Shown here: one piece after another, positions 28,718 to 37,153 of the stretch
Layout: every line of letters begins with the position of its first letter
How positions within the stretch are numbered: position 1 is the stretch's first letter
Position numbers and translations under genes: made by a program
Notes under the pieces: generated by a model
Told to the model about the DNA's origin: nothing
Seen by the model: only the letters and a program-made list of their open reading frames with translations
The model's database searches: none
Assembly (NCBI GenBank): GCA_963665665.1
Contig: OY762428.1
Location: forward strand, 4,640,001-4,704,000
Length of the DNA stretch: 64,000 nt
Origin: Candidatus Kapaibacterium sp.
Lineage (GTDB): Bacteria > Bacteroidota > Ignavibacteria > Kapaibacteriales > UBA2268
Reading direction: 5' to 3'

Positions 28718-29360
28718 AAATATTCCGATTATTTATAATGTCATCGCATAAACAAATTCTTGCGAAACCATGAGACAGATTTTTAATTGTTGACTCATGG
28801 TAGCTAAATTTATAGGTTGCGTTAGCATCGGCAGGGAATATTACATTATAACCCCGAACGAATGCCGATCGGGCAGTTGTTTCGCAGCACAGGTGGCTCA
28901 TAAGGCCTGTAATAATAACATTTTTAATATCATTATCCTTCAATAAGCGATTCAGTCCCGAAGCATAAAAAGCATCGTATTGACTTTTATGGATTATTGT
29001 AGCATTAATTTTATTTATTTCTTTGATCAGAGTAGAGGATGGCTTGTCATAGCGGATTATATCTTTCCACCAAACAGACATCATAGCTGCATCATCATCA
29101 TTATTTAAATGCCTGGTTTTAATGATCAGTGAATTATTCTCATTAAATTTTTCTGCAAGTTTAGTTATTCTCGGTATAATGTATTCTGATGCAGGAACAT
29201 AGGCATGTGAATCCGGATTGCAGAAATATTTCTGCATATCAAGTATGAGTAATGCTGTCTTGCCTTTGATACTATTTAAGGGCCTTCTATCCAAAGATTT
29301 TAAAGCATAATCTTTAATTGATTTTATAATATCCGGATTTTCGAAATAATTTTCTTTCAT
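28710..29360 (-). CDS. Isochorismatase/nicotinamidase-family cysteine hydrolase
   Basis: Catalytic triad context LDMQ..F, K..YDAF, G..SHLCCETTARSA. Confidence 0.9.
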   Translation of the reverse strand: MKENYFENPDIIKSIKDYALKSLDRRPLNSIKGKTALLILDMQKYFCNPDSHAYVPASEYIIPRITKLAEKFNENNSLIIKTRHLNNDDDAAMMSVWWKDIIRYDKPSSTLIKEINKINATIIHKSQYDAFYASGLNRLLKDNDIKNVIITGLMSHLCCETTARSAFVRGYNVIFPADANATYKFSYHESTIKNLSHGFARICLCDDIINNRNIYA

Positions 29361-29408
29361 AATTTCCTTTTTGAAAAACCGCTTCGAATAATATTTACAA
29401 AAATAAAT

Positions 29409-29436
29409 AAAAAACCCGTAAACTTAAGTTCACGGG
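29409..29436 (-). terminator. Rho-independent terminator after ftsZ
   Basis: Minus strand CCCGTGAAC-TTAA-GTTTACGGG-TTTTTT. Confidence 0.8.
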
Positions 29437-29481
29437 CCATACCACATTAACATCGGAATTATCATTAAAACTTGTATTCAA

Positions 29482-30813
29482 TTAGTCCATAATCTTCCTT
29501 AGAAACGCGGGCCTTTCGGTTGCCGGTTTGTATTCTTCACCTGTTGGATTGGTAGAAGGCAGAGGATTATTGATCATCTGTGATGCTTCGTTACTGATTC
29601 TTGCCATTGGATCAGAGCGGCGTTCGTAAGCAGGCCGGTCGTATTTTTTAAGCTGGTCCACACCCTTTGGGCTGGAAACGATTTCATGTCCCGAACGTTT
29701 TGCTGCTGCTGCACTGCTTATCTGGCCGGAATTAATTTTTCCTGCCCCGGGGAAACGTACCTGTACCGGGTTCCTGAATGGCTTTTTTTCGGATTCAAAC
29801 GGTAACCTTGGATTTGCTTCTTCCGGTGTAAGTTTTTCTTCAGTCTTTACTTCTTCAACCTGGTTGAAGCCGGTGGCAACAACAGTAACAGAAATTTCTT
29901 CTGATGGTTCGTCAGATTGAACAACACCATGGATCAGGTTGGCATTCTCTCCGGCTGCTTCACCGATTATTTCCACAGCTTCGGCAACTTCAAGCATACC
30001 GAGGTCCGATCCCCCGGAAATATTAACCAGCAGTCCTTTTGCACCGGCAATAGATATTCCGTCAAGTAATGGTGAATTCAGTGCTGCATGAGATGCTTTT
30101 TCAGCCCTGTCGTCGCCTGTTGCTGTTCCGATACCCATAAGGGCATCGCCCATGCCTTTCATAATCGTTTTCACGTCAGCAAAGTCAACGTTAATATAGC
30201 CGTGTCCTGATATAATATCAGCAATACCGCGTGTAGCGTTGTAAAGTACTTCATCCACTTTTCTGAAAGCGTCCGCGAAAGAGGTGTTTTTATCAATTAT
30301 ACTTAAAAGTTTCTGGTTAGGAATTACTATAAGTGCATCAATATATTTTCTCAGCTCTTTTATCCCTGCATCGGCTGTTATCATTCTTTTCTTTCCTTCC
30401 CACTTGAAGGGAGTAGTAACGATACCAACTACGAGAGAATCCAGTTCACTTGCCAGTTGTGCTATTTCAGGAGCGCCGCCTGTACCTGTACCGCCACCCA
30501 TTCCGGCTGTAACAAATACCATGTCGCTGCCTTTCAGCACTTCTTTTATTTCTTCAGTATTTTCTTCAACTGATGTTTTGCCTACATCCGGATCAGCTCC
30601 GGCTCCGAGTCCTTTTGTTTTGTCAGCTCCAAGCTGAATAGTTGTTTGGGCAAGATTATGATCCAGAGCCTGTTTGTCGGTATTTGCTGCAATAAAATCA
30701 ACACCTGTAAGGCCAAGAGTAATCATGCTGTTGATGGCATTTCCACCACCGCCTCCGACGCCGATTACCTTTATCTTTGCGCCGTCTGGTGAAGATGTGT
30801 CTAATGTTATCAT
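29482..30813 (-). CDS. ftsZ: Cell division protein FtsZ
   Basis: GVGGGGGN, GMGGGTGTG, INVDFAD, C-terminal PAFLRK. Confidence 0.98.
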   Translation of the reverse strand: MITLDTSSPDGAKIKVIGVGGGGGNAINSMITLGLTGVDFIAANTDKQALDHNLAQTTIQLGADKTKGLGAGADPDVGKTSVEENTEEIKEVLKGSDMVFVTAGMGGGTGTGGAPEIAQLASELDSLVVGIVTTPFKWEGKKRMITADAGIKELRKYIDALIVIPNQKLLSIIDKNTSFADAFRKVDEVLYNATRGIADIISGHGYINVDFADVKTIMKGMGDALMGIGTATGDDRAEKASHAALNSPLLDGISIAGAKGLLVNISGGSDLGMLEVAEAVEIIGEAAGENANLIHGVVQSDEPSEEISVTVVATGFNQVEEVKTEEKLTPEEANPRLPFESEKKPFRNPVQVRFPGAGKINSGQISSAAAAKRSGHEIVSSPKGVDQLKKYDRPAYERRSDPMARISNEASQMINNPLPSTNPTGEEYKPATERPAFLRKIMD

Positions 30814-30888
30814 AAAATAACTCCCTGATGAGTTTTATATAAAAAATAATTTTTCAAATTCGATTTATATAATACCATCCCCCGATGG

Positions 30889-32247
30889 TTATAATTCTTC
30901 CATAAAATTTTTAATTTTTTTAAGGATAGAACCCTTGCTGCTTTTTTCTTTCTTTTTCTTTGCAGTCTTTCCGGGTTTAATATTCTCAACGGCTTTTACC
31001 GGATCGGTTTTATCGTCAATTATCTTTGGTTTCTCGCCTTGTTTTTTAAGTGCATATAGTGCCAGGCCAACTGCAGTTGAATAAACCGGGCTCTCAATTT
31101 CCGGAGCCAGGCCGGATATTGTCAAGCCTGAAGGAATCCCAAGTTTTACAGGCATACCAAGCATGTGAGCGGCCAGTTCTTCCGAACCTTTCAGCAATGA
31201 AGACCCCCCGGTAATAACAGCACCTGCGCCCAATGCTGTGGAAAATCCTGACCTGTTTATTTCAGCAAGAGCAAATTCCATAATTTCTTCGAATCTTGGC
31301 TGTATTACCTGGCACAGGAAGCTCTTTGTCAACTCAATTGGTTTCCTGCCAGCGATACCGGGTATCATGAAAACTTCATCTTTCATGATAGCCCCCTGAT
31401 GGGCGTGCCCGTACTGATGTTTGATCCTTTCTGCTTCCTTTGCTATAATACCGATTCCCTGACGAATATCGTCTGTTATCTGACGTCCGGCAATAGCAAA
31501 TACTGAAGTAAACCTGATAATACCTTCTTTGAAAATGGCTATATCAGTTGTACCGCCGCCAATGTCGATCAAAGCTACGCCGACTTCTTTTTCATCTTCG
31601 GTAAGAACTGACTCGCAGCTGGCAAGAGGTTCAAGAACAAGTTCGGCTACTTTCAGGTTGGCTTTTTCGCAACAGCGATAGATGTTCTGAATAGCAGTGG
31701 CAAGGCCGGTTACAATATGAACATTTGCTTCCATTCTGACACCGCACATGCCAACCGGATCTGTTATTCCATCCTGTCCGTCAATAATATAATCCTGAGG
31801 AATAACATGGAGGATCTGGCGTTCTGCCGGTATGGCAATTTTTTTAGAATCTTCCAGAGAGCGAATAACGTCACTTTCTGAAATTTCTCTTGTTTCATTT
31901 TGGGAAATTCCCACAATTCCCCTTGAGGCTATAGACTCGATATGGTCTCCAGCTATACCGGCCACAACCTCGGTTATTTTCAGGCCTGACTGTTGTTCTG
32001 CCTGTTCAACAGCTCCCTGAATGGCCTTTACAGTTTTATCGATATTAACTACAACACCCCGGTTTAATCCTTTGCTTTCGGTGATACCGATGCCCAGAAT
32101 TTTAATGGAACCGGGTTTCTCGTCATGTTCAGCCACAATACAGCATATCTTTGTTGTGCCTATATCAAGGCCTGCTGTAACATTGCGTATTTTAGCCGGC
32201 GGAGCCGGTTCAACATTGTTATTATTTTTGTTTTTTTCGGGGTTCAT
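30889..32247 (-). CDS. ftsA: Cell division protein FtsA
   Basis: LDIGTTKI, DIGGGTTD, TGGSS, P.YSTAVGL; directly upstream of ftsZ. Confidence 0.96.
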   Translation of the reverse strand: MNPEKNKNNNNVEPAPPAKIRNVTAGLDIGTTKICCIVAEHDEKPGSIKILGIGITESKGLNRGVVVNIDKTVKAIQGAVEQAEQQSGLKITEVVAGIAGDHIESIASRGIVGISQNETREISESDVIRSLEDSKKIAIPAERQILHVIPQDYIIDGQDGITDPVGMCGVRMEANVHIVTGLATAIQNIYRCCEKANLKVAELVLEPLASCESVLTEDEKEVGVALIDIGGGTTDIAIFKEGIIRFTSVFAIAGRQITDDIRQGIGIIAKEAERIKHQYGHAHQGAIMKDEVFMIPGIAGRKPIELTKSFLCQVIQPRFEEIMEFALAEINRSGFSTALGAGAVITGGSSLLKGSEELAAHMLGMPVKLGIPSGLTISGLAPEIESPVYSTAVGLALYALKKQGEKPKIIDDKTDPVKAVENIKPGKTAKKKKEKSSKGSILKKIKNFMEEL

Positions 32248-32262
32248 ATCTCATCCGTATTA

Positions 32263-33087
32263 CTAACTTACAATTATTTGCTTTTTCCAACGGATATCAT
32301 AAACCTTGATATTCCGTGTATTTTTGTTAAATATGTTGTCTGAAAATCTATTTTCATAATAAATCATTTCCAATTTGTCTATCTTTTCGGGAACATTATC
32401 AAATCTACCGAATTTAATAATTGATTCCAGCCCGGAACTAATAATTTCAAATGACCTGTCACCGGGATTGAAAATTATTTCAGAAACGAAGGCAAAAAGC
32501 GTTTCGCCGCCTTGGTTTTTAATGTCCCTGATTATAGCAAGGGCATCCCTTAATGCCTTTCTGTCTGGTTTGCCTGATATTACAAAATTTCTGAATACCG
32601 GCAGGTCGTTATTGTCTTTTAAAAGAACAAAAGGCAGGACATTTGCATTCCCGTCAACAATTCTGATACCTTTGAAACCGTCTGAAAGTATAGCTGCCGG
32701 TTTTCTCTCGGTGATCTCAACAGTCAGTTCATTCTGCCCAGAGAACATTGTCCTGGCAAAAGCAACATAGGGATGAGAACCGGCTGCAAGAGAAATTTTC
32801 TCAAAATCAATATCAGCTTTGGCTTTTCCCAGTACTTCCTGCCTGATCAAATTTGCAATTTCCGAGGATTTTACTATCCTGTTTCCTTTCACAGTTATTT
32901 CACGTATGTCGTTACCGGAATCCCAGTTCGACGAAACAACCGATAGTACAACAAGAACTATACTCATGAAGAGAAGGGCGGCAATAATCCTGAAGCGTTT
33001 TGACGGCAGGTTCTCCCTGCGCCAGAACTTCAAAAATCGAATATTTTTTTTCCGCGCTTCTTCCCACATAAAGCAAAAATCCCCCAT
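32263..33087 (-). CDS. ftsQ: Cell division protein FtsQ/DivIB (start uncertain)
   Basis: TM, POTRA-like ITVKGN...HPYV...VEITERKP, C-terminal DIRW..QII; upstream of ftsA. Confidence 0.85.
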   Translation of the reverse strand: MGDFCFMWEEARKKNIRFLKFWRRENLPSKRFRIIAALLFMSIVLVVLSVVSSNWDSGNDIREITVKGNRIVKSSEIANLIRQEVLGKAKADIDFEKISLAAGSHPYVAFARTMFSGQNELTVEITERKPAAILSDGFKGIRIVDGNANVLPFVLLKDNNDLPVFRNFVISGKPDRKALRDALAIIRDIKNQGGETLFAFVSEIIFNPGDRSFEIISSGLESIIKFGRFDNVPEKIDKLEMIYYENRFSDNIFNKNTRNIKVYDIRWKKQIIVS

Positions 33088-33572
33088 GCAATTATCATAT
33101 CAGTTTTCAAATACTGCAAATGGTATCGCTGTTTATTATTCCGTATTCCAAGCCGAAAAAACTTTGTCCCTAAGCTAATTACTTTAAATTTCAAGCTTTA
33201 GTTGTTCGGAATATTTTCAATTTTCAGAAGGGAAATCAATAGAAATGAGTTTCCCCTTTATGCTGTCTTCTTTTATCTTCCTTGCCAAAAATACGTTACT
33301 TTATCCACTAATTCAAGTAAAATTTTAACTTTTTTTAATTTTTTTTTCAATTATTTAAATAAAATATTTAATAAAATTCATAATCTCTATATATTTTAAT
33401 AAATTACATTTAAAGTGATTATTTTCACAAGTAAGTAAAAATTTAAATGTTCATGTTAATTCATAAATATATTGATCTTTGCTGCTAACAATTTTAGATT
33501 ATTCGATTTATAAACGTCAATAATTCAGAAATTGCTTAAATAAAATATATTTAATGAACAATTTGCAGTTAA

Positions 33573-34358
33573 TCACAAAGCCCTTAAAAAACCGCCGTCC
33601 ACAGGCAGGTTGATTCCTGTAATGAAAGCAGCCTGTTCGGATGCAAGAAATCCTGCTGCTGCTGCCAATTCTTCAGGCAGCCCCAGGCGTCCGATCGGGT
33701 TTTGTGACATTATTTCATTCTCAATCTCTTCAATACAGCGATTTTCGTTCTTCGCCCGGTTTGAAATCAGGGAATCCAGCCTCTCCGTTTTGGTATGTCC
33801 CGGAAGTAAATTATTGACGGTAATACCATATTGGCCAATTTCACGAGATAAAGTTTTTGCCCAGCTTGCCATTGCACCGCGTAAAGTGTTGGAAACTCCG
33901 AGATTTTCAATTGGCTGCTTAACCCCAATTGAAATTACATTGATTATCCTTCCGAACTCAGAGTTTTTCATTCCCGGAAGAAGTGCCTGAACCAAAAGCT
34001 GGCTCATTATCAGGTGACGTGTAAAAGCATTATAAAATTCAACGGGTTTAGCTATGTTTACTGGGCCTGGAGCCGGGCCTCCGGTGTTATTTACCAGAAT
34101 CTGGTATTCCATACCGCCGTCGAGAATAGTATTAATATCTTCGATAACCTTTTCAGGTTCGGAAAAATCGGCTGTAAGAAATTCATGAGCACCTCCGTAT
34201 TGGCTCATTTCATCGACGACCTCCTGTAATGCATGGCTGTTTCTTGCCAGAACAGTTACATTTGCACCCATTTCTGCAAGCTGCAAAGCAATTGCCCTGC
34301 CAATACCTTTCGATGCTCCGCAAACAAGGGCATTACGTTTGTCTATTCTTAAATCCAT
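33573..34358 (-). CDS. SDR oxidoreductase (atypical 3-oxoacyl-ACP reductase-like subgroup)
   Basis: GASKGIG, NNTGGP, SNTLR in place of YxxxK, ITG..LPVDGG. Start placed at MDLRID. Confidence 0.9.
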   Translation of the reverse strand: MDLRIDKRNALVCGASKGIGRAIALQLAEMGANVTVLARNSHALQEVVDEMSQYGGAHEFLTADFSEPEKVIEDINTILDGGMEYQILVNNTGGPAPGPVNIAKPVEFYNAFTRHLIMSQLLVQALLPGMKNSEFGRIINVISIGVKQPIENLGVSNTLRGAMASWAKTLSREIGQYGITVNNLLPGHTKTERLDSLISNRAKNENRCIEEIENEIMSQNPIGRLGLPEELAAAAGFLASEQAAFITGINLPVDGGFLRAL

Positions 34359-34470
34359 TATATTCCTCTGAGTTAATATTATAAAAAATAAAAATATCCT
34401 GAGACCTTTTTCCAATTAAAGTGTCATTATTATCAGGACACTTTTTTATACACAAAGTTAAGAAATCAAC

Positions 34471-37131
34471 ATGAAATCACTTTGCCCAATTTTAGTAATG
34501 GTTTTTATTTTTTTCGGAATTACACTCAAAGCCGATGAAAATAGACCAAATGCAAGCTATCGCCTGGTTGGCGAGCATTTGAATGTTGTGATTGAAGCAG
34601 GTAAGACTAACAGGATAGAATATCTGAAGAATTTGTCCGGTTACGATTTCCGGATTTTAAACAATTCAAATTCTGTTCCGGAATTCAGTTTAAAACCGAT
34701 TGAAGAAGCTAATGGCAGACAGTTAATAAATTCAATTTCGGGCAGCCAAGTTTCTATCAGGGATTTGAACGGAAAATACTTATTATCCATTAACAACTCT
34801 GAAAGAAGCAATAATGCGGAATATATACTTGAATTTATTCCTGTCAATATACAACAACCTGGAAAAAACAAGGATGAAGCGCTAAGTGAAGAGCCGGATT
34901 CTGATCTATGGATTAATAATGGAGCCATAGCAGCTGATGGCAGGATATACAATTGTAGATACCAGCAGCAGTCCTGGAGTGTCAGCAATTCAAATGACTC
35001 GCTTCAATTTGCTTATAGAGAAGACAAAGTTATTGTTATGGACAGGTTTTATCAGGATGGTACTCTCCATAATCCGGATGGCTATGGCGGAGATATTCTT
35101 GCTTCACATGTTAATGATCTGAGAGGTAAATACGGCACATGGCTGAATTTCAATCTCAAAAGAGGAGCTAGTTGGAGTTCCCACCGGGGATTGATTTATC
35201 AGCAACTCAATGAACCTGAATGGCTCGTGACTGACGTTAATGGAGAAATATTGAGACAACCTGATAGAATTATTGTTGAAATGATTGCAGCCCACGAGGA
35301 CAGCTTGTTCCAGTTGACAAATGTTCCCGACAGCCTTTGGAGGAAAATTCCGGCGAGGCATGGGCGTGAGGCTTCTAACAACTCATACCTTACTATATAC
35401 GGGGGGGGCGGATATGAACGTGGTACTTTGTTCACTGATCCCGATTCGGTTTTAAATGCCGGAGATGGAATTGTACTTGACCCGTTTGATATCGGAAGCG
35501 ATGATTTTTTTCATCCATGGATAGTTCCTGTTCCGGATACCCTGATTAAAAGAGGTTTTCTCAGGTTTCGGTTCAGAGTTGATGCTAAAGATAATTCTAA
35601 CGGGAGTACGTACTACAATGATGATCCTGATTATTTTATACTTGATAATATTGACCTGACACCCCCCGTTGAAGGTTTTGACGTGCAGGCGATTGCTTTG
35701 GTTCCTGATATGAATTTTATTTTTTACCCACTGAGTCATCCGTTTGAAATCCCTCTTAAGGCATACATACACAATAAAATGCAGACCAGTTCGCCGGAAT
35801 TGACTCTTGTTGGACGGGTAAGCATCGGTTGGGATGAATTTCCAGAAGTGATTGACCCAGAATCTGTCGGGGCCTATGGCAGAAAGGTTCAGATTCCCCC
35901 GATTCCCCCCGGGGCATTAGTCGAAGTTGAATTTCCACCAGTTCCTATAAGGGGGCAAAATATTTATCCTATTTATGATGAAAAATGGTCATTGGCAATG
36001 CTGAATATCGAAATTCCAGGTGGAGATATTGATATCAGCAACGATACAGTTTTCACACAATTCAAAATGTTTTTCGATTCATTTTTTGGATATGACATTG
36101 CGAATGGTAATCAACCGCGTTATTTATTTGGGGATTATGGATTGTCTCTTCCGGGATATTCATCTCCCTATAACGAGGAAATATATCAGATATACGGAGG
36201 TAGAAACGGCCCGGGAGGAGAAATTGCAGTAAAATTCCCAATATTTGAGAAAGATACGGTTGCAGGATTTCAACTTAGTTTTGCAAAGCTGATAAATCCG
36301 CCGTCAGAATTTGAATTGGCTATCTATACTGACGAGAATGGTATGCCAGGAGAAGTAATCGATAGCACAGTTTTATTAAAAATTCGGGGCAAGGTTGATG
36401 AATATTACCGTGAGATGGGGAATTACTACTATGGGATAAAGGACAGGACAGGAATGATAATAAATCCTCCGATTCTTGAAAAGGGCGATTACTGGGCAGT
36501 AATAAGGCAGTTAGACGATACTCCCATTAATCTTGGTTATAGCGCAGTTCGAAATGGAATGAAAGTAATGCAGGTTGATACCGAAGGTGAAGGCAAAAAT
36601 AATATTAATATTTTTTACAATGCAAGCAGGATCATAAATGAAATTTCTAATACAACAGGAATGCCTGTTTGCAGTAATAAAACTATTTTTGCCTACAGAA
36701 ATGAAGGGGATGAAGAGTGGACTTCATTCAGCCCCACTATTGGTAATCCTGGTTACGGATCCCGGGATATATCCGGCAGATATGCAGAGGAGGATTTGGA
36801 TACTTTATACACATATTCCAGAGGAACTTTCGCGCCCGTTCTCAGAATATTAATGGATCCCGGGCAGATCCCTGTTGGTATTGAAGATTCGGATATTGAA
36901 AACGATGAGATATCATTTTATCCCAACCCGGCGAGCGATTATATCAGGATATCAAATAATGATTGTATAAAAACCGCAACTGTGGAAATTTATGATATGC
37001 AGGGTAACAGAATGAATTGTAGTGAGATATCTGCAGGGGTTTACGATATCAGAAATCTAATTGCAGGGCCGTATATTTTTATTGTAAACAAGGGTGGGGA
37101 TTTCCATCAGGAAATAATTATTAAAGACTGA
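34471..37131 (+). CDS. Large secreted protein of unknown function with T9SS C-terminal domain (paralog A)
   Basis: Signal peptide; FYPNPASD...IYDMQG...G.YI.IV...IIIKD tail; co-linear with the next gene. Confidence 0.8.
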   Translation: MKSLCPILVMVFIFFGITLKADENRPNASYRLVGEHLNVVIEAGKTNRIEYLKNLSGYDFRILNNSNSVPEFSLKPIEEANGRQLINSISGSQVSIRDLNGKYLLSINNSERSNNAEYILEFIPVNIQQPGKNKDEALSEEPDSDLWINNGAIAADGRIYNCRYQQQSWSVSNSNDSLQFAYREDKVIVMDRFYQDGTLHNPDGYGGDILASHVNDLRGKYGTWLNFNLKRGASWSSHRGLIYQQLNEPEWLVTDVNGEILRQPDRIIVEMIAAHEDSLFQLTNVPDSLWRKIPARHGREASNNSYLTIYGGGGYERGTLFTDPDSVLNAGDGIVLDPFDIGSDDFFHPWIVPVPDTLIKRGFLRFRFRVDAKDNSNGSTYYNDDPDYFILDNIDLTPPVEGFDVQAIALVPDMNFIFYPLSHPFEIPLKAYIHNKMQTSSPELTLVGRVSIGWDEFPEVIDPESVGAYGRKVQIPPIPPGALVEVEFPPVPIRGQNIYPIYDEKWSLAMLNIEIPGGDIDISNDTVFTQFKMFFDSFFGYDIANGNQPRYLFGDYGLSLPGYSSPYNEEIYQIYGGRNGPGGEIAVKFPIFEKDTVAGFQLSFAKLINPPSEFELAIYTDENGMPGEVIDSTVLLKIRGKVDEYYREMGNYYYGIKDRTGMIINPPILEKGDYWAVIRQLDDTPINLGYSAVRNGMKVMQVDTEGEGKNNINIFYNASRIINEISNTTGMPVCSNKTIFAYRNEGDEEWTSFSPTIGNPGYGSRDISGRYAEEDLDTLYTYSRGTFAPVLRILMDPGQIPVGIEDSDIENDEISFYPNPASDYIRISNNDCIKTATVEIYDMQGNRMNCSEISAGVYDIRNLIAGPYIFIVNKGGDFHQEIIIKD

Positions 37132-37153
37132 GATTTCTTTTATTTTTTAAAGG

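Noticed and set aside
33088-33572. Possible replication origin (AT-rich tract with DnaA-box-like 9-mers)
   Set aside because: Only one or two imperfect boxes, no cluster, and no dnaA/gidA context.
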